A DNA stretch of 64,000 bases. Source: Eutreptiella sp. 'Long Island Sound 2002'. Its lineage: Eukaryota; Protista; Euglenida. This document shows positions 1-10,490 of the stretch, one piece after another. Both the position numbers and the translations under genes were made by a program. Within the stretch, counting starts at the first letter, position 1. The number at the start of each line of letters is the position of its first letter. The notes under the pieces are model-generated. The model searched no databases, was not told where the DNA came from, and was given only the letters and a program-made list of their open reading frames with translations. Location: contig OZ038378.1 of assembly GCA_964036045.1 (NCBI GenBank), positions 7,130,001 to 7,194,000 of the forward strand, read 5' to 3'.

Positions 1-1570
1 GGTGACCAACCCGCTCAATGTCCTTGATGAGGTCAAAGACACCATGCATTACCGGCAGGCCGCAAGAGCTTCTACCTGCTGGGAGAGGGCTGTTGTTGTT
101 GTTGGGGAGATGTTGCGTTGGCCCGAAGAATTCAGTACATTTCAATTTTTTCACGCTAGACAACTTCATGTCGTTGCGTGTGCGGGCATCGAGATGCAAT
201 TTATTCTGTTCAAGCTTGCTGGTCCTCCTGATCCTTTTGACTGGATCATGTCCGACAAATCCTACCCGCGAGTACCGGAATCAAGGAAAGCAATGCTTCC
301 AATACGAAGGATGCCGGGCAGGCCAAAGATCCGAGAAAAGTCGCGCAGAACCCCGGAAGCGCCCTGCAGTGTGGAGCTCAGACAATGCTCCGGAAGCCAG
401 TGTTGCACCTGTAGGCGCAGAAGTGCACCGCCGCACTCCTTCTATGGGATGCATAAAGCTGCGTGGTTCAATCCCCTTCTGAAACCTGGAAAGAAGGAAG
501 TATGTTCTGGGAAGCAGTACGCACTGAGCATCACCAGTCAGGTGATTGGGCGAACAACAGTGCATTACCCACAGTCAGACTGCTCTTCGACGGGAGGTGC
601 GAGTAGGCCGTGCAGTGCTGCAACGCGCTCCCCCAAAGGGCTGATTCCTTTTCTTTTTTGTTTTGACTTGAACAACGCCAACGACCAGCGACCAGCGTAA
701 TAGCAAGAAGGGAGTCCAAAGCGACCCTGAAGAAGGGAGCACCCGTTGAGCGAGGGCTTGACTGTCATTGGTCTCTTGGTCTGTTTGACTGCGGGATGGT
801 CTGTGGACAGCAGAAGTATGAAAGGGAACCTGAAAGACGAGTGTAATTGCACAAGTCACTTTGCGGCACACAGTCGCAGGTAGTACACCGATACGGCCAA
901 TATTTTATTTATTTATGGCCTGGAACTGTCCAATGTAGCTAATATTCTCAAACAGCATATCCCTGTCTGTCGCGCCCCAGTCTGCAGACCTTTACGTACA
1001 CGCAAGGATTCTACCACGCACGTCCACCACGCACGTCACGAGGTGACCAATGTCCCCTCAAGAGCAAGTTGAGCGACTCTTCAAGTTTCTTTGTGGCAAA
1101 AGGGGCTAGGCTCGCAGAGTCTCTATTTGGTGGCAAAACACTGTCGGATGACGGCCGTCGACGCTGGTGTGCAAGCATACCTGTGTGGTCCCACGGTCTG
1201 AGGAGAAAAGGAAACCACAAGCCGAAATTCGACCACAGTGTCGAGCATAATTATCGCCCTCCTGTACTAAACTTGCACAGTCACGGACAGCATGCATATG
1301 AAGACAAAACACATACGCTCCGACTGGCCGCACTGTTCTCGCAGGCCTTTGTTCGCGGCGTAAGTAGACACCATAACCGCGGTCCTTGGGCACCATTGGG
1401 TGCCCAGTGCACGAGGTTTCTTAATAGACCATTTTCTAACAAGCAGCACAACATTTGAAGTGCTTGGAAAGTGTGTGAGTGCAACCGTGACATCCTGTGG
1501 GCTAACTTGGCTTTTCCAGTGATTTTGACGGGGTACACAGCTTCTGCCCCCTAGTATAATGGATGACATT
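1..1570 (-). pseudogene. Highly degenerate hAT-like transposase remnant
   Basis: Minus-strand frame fragments occur in hAT order: RLCEPS..LALEGTL..W (~1030-1110), a CxxH-like TCAITLVFQ (~850) and SYWKHCFP*..KRIRRTSKLEQ (dimerisation-like, ~200-310). Many stops and frameshifts. Confidence 0.33.
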
Positions 1571-3730
1571 TATGCTCAAAAATCCAGTACCAAAAGCCAG
1601 GTTGCCAGTAGCCGAAACCTAACTTTTTCTTGGAGCGAAAAATGTTGCCATAGGCACGTTGCATAGATGATAAAGGACCAGCAAATCAGGATGAGATATT
1701 CTAGAAACATGTGCAAAATATCTCTCATATATCTCACTGTGCGAAATACAACGACAAATCTGGTTCGGAAACCATTGACCTTTCCCTCGTTTTTTCTAGA
1801 GTTTTGTAAATTTCTTGAAAATTTTGGCAGATTGAATGGGAATGAAAATCTCGGCAATCGATAGGCCTACACGCGATGTGCGCCTCACGCGCACATTCTG
1901 GGGTTGTCGTGGGATAGCGGGATCTCAAAAAAAATTAGCTTGCCGCGGAGCTGGAAATATTTTATCAAGTGTTGATCAAAATGATGCACCATTTAGATTC
2001 TGGAAGCAGGTGGCCATTTTTTGGTCCAACTTGGGTTGCTTCGAGTCGTGTTTTTGGGGGGTGTGCGTCAGCAAATGAGACGGGGTGTCAAAACCTCATG
2101 TTCAACATCTCCTTCCCACTGTTTTGTTTTTCAATGACGTTTGTTGTTTGAGGCTTATGAACCTGCTTTAGCGATTGGCAAAGCGCCAAGCATTGTCCTT
2201 AGTCTTTGTCGCTTGTTTATTTATTTTTGGGGGGTTACAACATAACTTATCTTTTTCATACAAGTTAGGTGTGTGTGCACTGGCCATTTGGGGCTTGAGG
2301 CCATTTTGGAAGTGAAGTGACAAGGAGCGTAATTGCGTGTTAACATGGTTTTTGGTCTTCATCTTGAGTTTACACGTGTTCAACAGCAGTTTGTTTTCTT
2401 TGGGCTGTCCTTGCATCTTACAGCCACGCCATCTTGATGGGACACGGCGTTCCCGAGTCAAGTTGGGAAATGTTTGCCAAAAGGCATTGCCCAAACCACT
2501 TTACTTGTGCACGGAACCAACTTTTAGGTTCAAGCTGCTTCGAACGTTGCAACGTTGAACTTCGCTTCTTTTTGAGAGGTTTTGGGTTGCCATAGTGAGT
2601 TGATCATGTACCTTCTTCATGACGAACCACGTTGGTATGGGCCTAATATTACTTTTGGCGACATTTTGTAGGCCCTTGACATTTTCCGGAAAAGGATAGA
2701 AATGCCTTGAAGGGTATGCGTTGACACCACACTTTGGTGACACTTTGGCCATTTGGGGCGCACTTTTACACGACTGCACACCACCTCAAAAACAGCCACC
2801 CATACAAACCCCAACCACTAGTAGGTGGTGTCTAGCTACCGTGACACAGCTGTAAGTTGCACACCTTGTTTAGCAAGGAAAGGTATTTTAGTTAGGAACC
2901 AACGTGAAACTCAACCATAGACCCAAGATGAAACACTATTACCAAATATGACTTTTTTCAACCCCCCAACACAAAACGCTTATGTGGCCGTGCCGTGGTC
3001 CATGACGGATATTGGTTCTTGTTGTCGTCATGGAAAGGGATTTCGAACGAAAAAGCCCTATCCAAAAACTCAGTGTCCCACGGGTGTCAGTCACGCGCCA
3101 CTCTCACCGGTGAGGTAGTCTTAGGAGTGAGGTCTTGAACAAGTAGGGGGAAGAGGAGGCGAAGGAAAGGCACAAGATGAGTCTAGAGTGCCCCGAGTGC
3201 GCCTTCTAAATTACCGTGCATTATCGTTTTGTGAGGAGCAACGGCCTTCCCTTTGCCTTCGGCTTCGCCTGCGCAAGGCTTTTCGCTGTGATTCAACGTT
3301 AAGTCATTTCAACCTTCAATGTTCATGAGCGTATGGTTTGCCATCTTGTGTTTTCATGTACGATGAACATGGATCCCAATTGATCCTCCAAACACGCATC
3401 CTTTTAGCCTCTCTCCTTGCAACATCATCCCATTCATCCCATTTAGAATGAACACATTTCCTCTCATTCTTCCCTACCATATCGGATCCCTACCACAGGC
3501 ACACACCTTGTATGGAGAATTTACCGGTGTATAATGTTAAGTTGTGTCCGTATTTGTGCGCTAAGGAGGCACGCAGTGCGTAATGAAAGGCACCGAGACA
3601 CTTAGAACAAACGTTTTCTTGCTCATGTAGCGCTCGCCGTAATGACAAACGCGGGGTTAAAATTAGGTACATGTGGTGGGCACAAGGGTACAAGCGACAC
3701 CCCAATGGCCGAATTGTATTCCTCGCTTAG

Positions 3731-4918
3731 ATGGCGGACCAAATTCCGTTGTTCCGGCCTTTCATGGCGAAAGAGATCGACGGTCCACTACTTCAAGTGT
3801 TGCACTCAGGATACATTGCACAAGGACCGAAAGTCGAAGAATTTGAGCGTGATCTCAAAGCATTTTTGCACTATGAACGGGTGTTGTCATTGAATTCCGG
3901 CACGTCGGGTTTGCATTTGGCGCTTCGATTGATACAGAAGCCCCATGACGGTTGGCCAGGGCTTGGCCCCAATGACGAGGTGTTGACAACTGCGCTCACT
4001 TGCACCGCCACAAACTGGCCCATCCTCGCCAATGGGCTACGGATCAAATGGGTTGATGTGGACCCCAACACCGCCAACATCAACTTGGATGATTTGGAGC
4101 AAAAGTTGTCTCCAACCACCAAGGTGATTATGTTTGTCCATTGGGGCGGTTGCCCAGTGGACCTTGATCAAGTCGAGAGAGTGAAACAAACGTGCAAGAA
4201 CAAGTATGGATTCAAGCCCTATGTTATAGAGGATTGCTGCCACGCTTTTGGCGCGGACTACAAGGGGAAGAAGCTCGGCACCCACGGCAATTTTTGTGTC
4301 TTTAGTTTCCAAGCCATCAAACACTTGACATCCATCGATGGAGGGTTGCTCACCGTTCCGAACCAAGATATGTACTCGCGGGGCAAGCTGCTACGTTGGT
4401 TTGGGATCAATAGAGAGCAGCGCTCTGGAGGAGGTGATTTCCGCATGGAGCCCGACGTCCCTGAGTGGGGCTACAAATTCCATATGAATGATGTTTCCGC
4501 CACGGTAGGGATAGTGAATTTGAAACACGTGCCAGAGATCTTGGCCAAATGCCGAGACAACGCCAAGTTCTATGATGAGGCTCTAGGGGCGTTGCAAGGG
4601 GTGAAGATTTTGGACACCAAGCCGGGTTCAAATCCAAGCTATTGGTTGTATTCCATCAAGATTGAACGCAAGGCCCAATTTTTGCAATTCATGAGCGCCC
4701 ACGGTGTCATGGTTAGCCAAGTGCATGGTCGAAATGACAAGCACTCGACCGTGCGTGCGTTCTCCGCGCCATTGCCCTTGTTGGACAAACTGGAGGAGTC
4801 ATTGGTATGCATTCCCGTCGGGTGGTGGGTAACCGAGTCCGACAGAGAGCATGTGGTGCGTTGTATCAACAATTTCTTAACCCTTGCATCACCACCTACA
4901 CGGCAAGCTAAGTTGTAG
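3731..4918 (+). CDS. DegT/DnrJ/EryC1/StrS-family PLP-dependent nucleotide-sugar aminotransferase, 395 aa, intronless, C-terminal PTS1 (-AKL)
   Basis: Family motifs GPKVEEFE, NSGTSGLHLAL, WVDVDP, VHWGG, IEDCCHA (PLP-binding Asp), SFQAIKHLTSIDGG (Schiff-base Lys), GYKFHM and IPVG are all present. The ORF ends CAA GCT AAG TTG TAG (Q-A-K-L-stop). Confidence 0.95.
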   Translation: MADQIPLFRPFMAKEIDGPLLQVLHSGYIAQGPKVEEFERDLKAFLHYERVLSLNSGTSGLHLALRLIQKPHDGWPGLGPNDEVLTTALTCTATNWPILANGLRIKWVDVDPNTANINLDDLEQKLSPTTKVIMFVHWGGCPVDLDQVERVKQTCKNKYGFKPYVIEDCCHAFGADYKGKKLGTHGNFCVFSFQAIKHLTSIDGGLLTVPNQDMYSRGKLLRWFGINREQRSGGGDFRMEPDVPEWGYKFHMNDVSATVGIVNLKHVPEILAKCRDNAKFYDEALGALQGVKILDTKPGSNPSYWLYSIKIERKAQFLQFMSAHGVMVSQVHGRNDKHSTVRAFSAPLPLLDKLEESLVCIPVGWWVTESDREHVVRCINNFLTLASPPTRQAKL

Positions 4919-5449
4919 GTGCATGAAGACCGCACACGAACTGAAAGGGTGTGCCCAGTCGGCATAGGATCCCATACATTCCCACATCCCAAAACCACAA
5001 AATTCCCCCAAAACCTCTTTCAAAGGATTCCATTGGAACCTTCCATTGGTTCGAAAACAATGACCAAATCAAAGGACACCCCTCTTGGATGGGGCAAGGA
5101 CGGATAATTCGCTGCTCGGAGCATGCAACCATATGACACTTTCGTGAGGACCTTGTAGCTTGGGCCGATTGAGCAATCACTTTATCGATCAAGGGGGTGC
5201 TATGTTTGCATTTAGCATGTTGTCACGTGATTTGGGGAAGTGTTGGTGCTCCATCAAACCTCCCAAGGTGGCTTTACTAACCCTTCAAAAAAGCGTTGTC
5301 AAGTAGCAAGCGTAGCATCCCCCCTTGTATGCTGCGCATGACGCGTGTAGTAATTGTCAATACCATGCGTCGTTGTGGCAATATTGGCTCGGCCTCCCTT
5401 TGTTTCGAAGCGTGTGTGTACGCCTCACCAGCTTCATAGTCATTGCTCA

Positions 5450-7860
5450 AAATCGAAAGAAGATCGTTTAAGAAGGCCGCCTACCATCTCACATCCGCAT
5501 GTGCAATCTGCTGCAGCGTTAACGTGAGATTTCAAATATCAAAGGGTGTTTTTCATCGGTATTACCAAAATGAAATATTTTCCTTGGTTGTATTATGTGT
5601 GCAGTGGGACGAAGGATTCTGTCCCACCTTTGTCTACCAACACTACGTTCCTTTTAGGCACTTGTTGTTTGAGGAGGAAGTTGAGTGGCCTTACAAAGAG
5701 TGTGAGCATTTCCACACCAACGTGTTGGACACCGGGAAGTACTCAGCGATGTGCACGGCTTTGGCTTTGTATGGGTCGCCTTTTTCGACATGGAATGACG
5801 AATCTTCTTGAGATTTGGAAATTCCAGCTCACCTCTAATCTTGTGATTCTTAACCCCATCTTCTGACCTCCTCCCCAAAAGGTTCATCCGTCCATGTACA
5901 AAATGATGCCCCAGGGTGGTACCTTTTGCGTATGTGGTGACAGCTGTTTGTGCATTACAAAGGATGTCCCACACTGTACCCTTCTTTCTGTGCACATTTT
6001 GGGTGCCCACGTCTCCATGTGTACGTCTATATCACATCTCCTATGTGCTATGCCGTGTGGAACATTTTTGATACATGTGTGGCAAGCAAACGGCATCCAC
6101 ACAATTGCTAGGTGCTGGGTGGCTTTCGAGGACACACAGTAGAGTAGAGCTCGCATGTGTGCTATCCATGCTTGACATGAAGCCCAAGGGCACGCCATGC
6201 AAGGGGACAAGAAGTACGATGCCCAATGACAATCCAAACTATATTGGAAAGTGCACCCCGCCTTTGCTCAACCAATTTAGGGCAACTTTGTACACGGAAG
6301 TCCTTGTCCCAAATAGCATATCACGATTTTGTTGTTGATGATGAAAGACAAAGCTTGCTCTAGAGCGTTTGGCACACCATTTTGGACAGGAGAATATGTC
6401 ACTGATCGTTGACAGGCAAGACGGGTAGATCAAGGGCAAGGTGGTGAGAGGCCAATGGGCACCACGACCTATGGAGGGAAAGGGACAAGGGTTTTCAAAC
6501 AAACAACTATGCACCGATGCATCATGCACCCATCATGCCACCCCCCCTCCCCCTAGGTCCAACCATATATCGCACGAAGTCACCCCCCCCTACCTTGGAG
6601 GTAGGGGGGGTGGGGGGGGGTAAGGGGGGGAGGTAGGGGGGGTAGGGGGGGAGGTAGGGGGGGGTCGAGAAGGTAGGGGGGGGGTAGGGGGGGGATGGGG
6701 TGGGTTCGGGGGGAGGGGGGGGGGTAGGATCATACACACAGAAGGCGGTGCACACACAAGGCGGGGCATACACAAGGCGGAACACACAAAAGGCGGCCTG
6801 TGGCCACCGCAGGAGTCATGTTATGTAAGGGGCCACAGGCAAGGCGGTACATACAGAAGGCGGTGCACACACAAGGCGGTACACACAGAAGGCGGCCTGT
6901 GGCCACCGCAGGAGTCTTGTTATATAAGGGGCCACAGGCAAGGCGGTACACACAGAAGGCGGTGCACACACAAGGCGGTGCACACAAAAGGCGGACTGTA
7001 GCCACCGCAGGAGTCTTGTTATTTAAGGGGCCACAGGCAAGGCGGTGCATACAGAAGGCGGTGCACACACAAGGCGGAACACACAAAAGGCGGACTGTAG
7101 CCACTGCAGGAGTCTTGTTATTTAAGGGGCCACAGGCAAGGCGGTGCATACAGAAGGCGGTGCACACACAAGGTGGAACACACAAAAGGCGGCCTGTGGC
7201 CACCGCAGGAGTCATGTTATATAAGGGGCCACAGGCAAGGCGGTACACACAGAAGGCGGTGCACACACAAGGCGGTGCACACAAAAGGCGGTCTATGGCC
7301 ACCGCAGGAGTCATGTTATTTAAGGGGGGTGCGGGGCTGGCCCCCGCGTCGAGCGAAGCGAGCCGAAGGTAGGGGGGGGAGGTAGGGGGGGGAGGTAGGG
7401 GGGGGTAGGGGGGGGGGTAGGGGGGGGGGGTAGGGGGGGGCGACTTCGTGCATACTATCGTCCAACCCCCCATCGTTCCGATTTGTGACAACTTTCTTGG
7501 TGCTTTGTGGCTTCCCAAGGAGGTTGCTGAACTGAGCTTGTAGTAGTGAGGAAATGTGGTCACATGCTGTCACTTGGTCAGGTGAGTACTGGGTGAGGTG
7601 AAGTTTTTGTTTGAGTAGATTGTGTGGGCAGTGTGAAGAAGATTGCCTTGTGGGAAGGCCTTGCAAGCTTCTAGCTCAACTTGTGTGTGGTTTCCCTGGA
7701 ATTGGTCGACGTGTACCCCCTCACAAAATGCCCCCTTAGCAGAGCAAATCCTTGGGTACCAAACGTGTGTAAACATCCCTTCTTCTTGCACTATCCGGCG
7801 CCTCCCAAAGTGAAAATGCATAAGATGGCCCCCTGGGAGCAACCACCGCCCTAACTAGGG
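5450..7860 (-). pseudogene. Degenerate Ty3/gypsy-like pol remnant (linker, RT, RNase H), interrupted by a MITE
   Basis: Minus-strand fragments in pol order: LLQAQFSNLLGKPQST (~7500), NGVPNALEQAL..IVICYLG (RT PFGLxNAP/YLDD-like, ~6300-6390), GVPLGFMSS and QHLAIVW (RNase H-like, ~6090-6200). Multiple stops. Confidence 0.45.
6572..7451. mobile_element. 880-bp MITE-like element with TIRs, G-tract ends and an internal 99-bp minisatellite
   Basis: Termini GCACGAAGTCACCCCCCC ... GGGGGGGCGACTTCGTGC are inverted. (GTAGGGGGGG)n tracts lie inside both ends. About 5.5 copies of a 99-bp unit (TGGCCACCGCAGGAGTC...) span ~6800-7320. No clean TSD seen. Confidence 0.75.
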
Positions 7861-8415
7861 CGTCTTTGCTGGATTGTTGATTTTTCCTGCCCTTGTCCAA
7901 ACAACATAGGGAAATGGCGCAGTGTGCATGCGCTTACAGAAAATCAAGAATGAGGAGGATGCAGGGATGCTTGCTTCCAAAACATCCTCAACTTCGCGTG
8001 GTGGAGGCGCAGTCAGGCTGAAAATGCCCCTGTCCATTGGTTTCACAAGGATGAGACACAAATTCACACTTTTGAGTGGGCTGTGATGTTGGAAGTGCCC
8101 ACCATGGGGCGTCGATTCATCACGAGTTTGGCTGGGGTTATGCGAGAGTGTTACCATGTGTGGTTTTGCGAACAAGCACCATTTCTTTTTCCTTTTATGC
8201 AAGATCCTTCGGTAGGAGGCCCCGGAGGATGGGGATGCAGTCCCATGCATGTCCACGCTTTTGTGTGTGGCGCCACAGGAGAGACGTTGTACATAATTTT
8301 GGTGTCCGCACCGTGAGCAGGTTTTTCTTTTTCAGCAACGGTAGAGTACAAGACATGATAGGAGAAGTCTCCAATGAGGTGTGTGCGGTACACAGTGATG
8401 GGGGATGGGTAATTA

Positions 8416-9014
8416 ACCGTGACGGACCGTGACGGACCGTGACGGACCGTGACCGACCAGCTGAAAAAGATCGTGGTTTCCCTGAAGGCCATGGGGCATG
8501 TAACAGGGCACATGACCTCCTCTGTAAGGCCCCGGAAGTTGGCATCTTGTTTTGCTGCTTGCCGTTTCGCTTTTTGTTTGGCCCGCTTACGTTGAATAGC
8601 TTCCTCCGATTCAGCCTTGCGTTTGGGTTGCATGGGAAACAAATTCCTAAATCAAAATAATTGGAAAAAATTAAAAATTAAAAACAAAAAAAAGAAACAA
8701 ACGGAAACAAAGAGAAATAAATGCACAAAAAATATGACATTTTGATCTTCTTCGAAACCGCAAGAAAACAAAGAGAAATGCTAATCACCTTTTTCATAGC
8801 TATGCCTATGAAACAGTTACTTTCGCGTAAAAAACCGGTTTTTTCGGTTAAACCAAAAATGTGGTCACAAGTGCCTTCATGTCAAAGTGCACAAGAAAAT
8901 ATGTCCCTAGAGGGGTCACAACCCATAGTAGCTTACATAGAACCCCCAAAAGGGGGTTTTTGCCAAATAGCCCTTCGGCGGTCGGTACCGTGACGGACCG
9001 TGACGGACCGTGAC
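8416..9014. repeat. Two short (ACCGTGACGG)n 10-bp tandem arrays (8416-8453 and 8987-9014)
   Basis: Directly visible tandem decamers. Confidence 0.85.
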
Positions 9015-9229
9015 TTGACCCACCCCCATGGCACACGAATTGTACATAAGCAGTGTGAACACTTTGAACTCAGTCTGCAGTCCGTTGGATGCTCAGTCTA
9101 TAGTCCGGTGGATGCTGGAGGATGACGACCGTCATACATGGCCATCGACACTTCCAGCGGAACTCAGATTGGCTTTGATCCTAGCTGTGGGGAGTGTTGA
9201 AAACCTTGTGTATGACCCCATGCACACAA

Positions 9230-9700
9230 TGCACACATACACTCTATGGCCTTTGCACATGGAGTGCAACGTAGCGCATGGTGCACTCTACGCCTAATAC
9301 ACACGGTGCAAAGTGCACTCTATGCCTCCTACGGATGGTCCCAAGCACGTAATACACAATGCACTCTATGCCTCTTGCGCACAGTGCACTCCAGTCTCTG
9401 TGCTTCATACACACAATGCACAATGTGCACCACACCATGTGCAGGGGGCATGAAAGGCACAGTGCACTGTGTGCATAGGACCAGAGTGTAATGTGCATTG
9501 TGTGCAAGAAGCATGGAGTGCACTGTGCACTGTGTGCATGAGGTACAGAGTGCATTGTGCATGGTGTGCTTGAGGCACCACATGCGCTACGCACTGTGCA
9601 CACCACGCACAGAGGGCATGGTGCATCGTGTGCACAAGGCATGGCATGCACCCTGGAGTGCATGTATGAGGTACAAAGTGCACTACAGGCTGTGTGCATG
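9230..9700. repeat. TGCAC/GTGCA-rich degenerate low-complexity repeat (continues at 12519-13400)
   Basis: Dense imperfect TGCAC/GTGCAT motifs; the same sequence type resumes on the far side of the Mutator-like insertion. Confidence 0.8.
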
Positions 9701-9883
9701 GTGTAAAGCGTAAGTCGCTTATTTATTTATTTTTTTGGCGTAAGTCGCGTTTTTTTTTTTGGCGTAAGTCGCGCGTGGAAAAAAAAAACTGAAAAATGTA
9801 GGATACGCGACTTACGCTTTTTTTGCGACGCGACCTACACCAAAAAAAAAAAAGTTACGCGACTTACGCTTTTTTTTTATATA

Positions 9884-10152
9884 AAAAAGCGAGTTACGCC
9901 TTTTTTTTTTATAAAAAAGCGAGGTACGCTTTTTTTTTATATAAAAAAGCGAGTTACGCTTTTTTTTTATAAAAAAGCGAGGTACGCTTTTTTTTATATA
10001 AAAAAGCGAGTTACGCTTTTTTTATATATAAAAAAGCGAGTTACGCTTTTTTTTTATATAAAAAAGCGAGTTACGCTTTTTTTTTATAAAAAAGCGAGTT
10101 ACGCTTTTTTTATATATAAAAAAGCGAGTTACGCTTTTTTTTATAAAAAAGC
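9884..10152. repeat. Tandem array of ~9 self-complementary ~30-bp units (A6-GCG-agtta-CGC-T7-10-ATA)
   Basis: Directly visible; each unit is an imperfect palindrome bounded by A and T tracts. Confidence 0.92.
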
Positions 10153-10250
10153 GGGATTTTTTTTTTATTGTTAAGGACAGCCCTTAAGGAAAGCCCCTAG
10201 AGGCTATTTGCCCCGGCCGAACGTGGGCCATGTCTACCCCCCCCCCTTTT

Positions 10251-10470
10251 GGGGATCGCCGAGACGGCAGGGGTTACGCAGCAATTCCGGCCCTCTTTTG
10301 GGCACCACTTCTGATTTTGCCCCCCGCTCTGAAGCGGTGGGGATCCCCGATACGGCAGGGGTGAGGTAGCCACTTTGCCCACTTGTGGGCCACTTCTGAT
10401 TTTGCCCCCTGCTCTGAAGCGGTGGGGATCCCCGATACGGCAGGGGTGAGGTAGCCACTTTGCCCACTTG
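10251..10470. repeat. ~85-bp tandem repeat (about 2.6 copies), probably a nested insertion
   Basis: GGGGATCCCCGATACGGCAGGGGTGAGGTAGCCACTTTGCCCACTTG is repeated; CCACTTCTGATTTTGCCCC occurs at 10305 and 10390. Confidence 0.8.
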
Positions 10471-10490
10471 GCGAAGGCTGTGGTTTTTGC

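Noticed and set aside
6730-7563. 277-aa and 190-aa ORFs with repeated motifs
   Set aside because: Translations of the 99-bp minisatellite and G-tracts; no domain content.
8151-8642. ORF starting MQPKRKAESEEAIQRKRAKQK
   Set aside because: Protein-like basic N-terminus, but interrupted by a decamer repeat and with no recognisable domain; probably a TE remnant I cannot assign.
9884-10152. CRISPR-like appearance of palindromic repeats (also the 21-bp and 212-bp arrays)
   Set aside because: No unique spacers, no cas genes, eukaryotic context.
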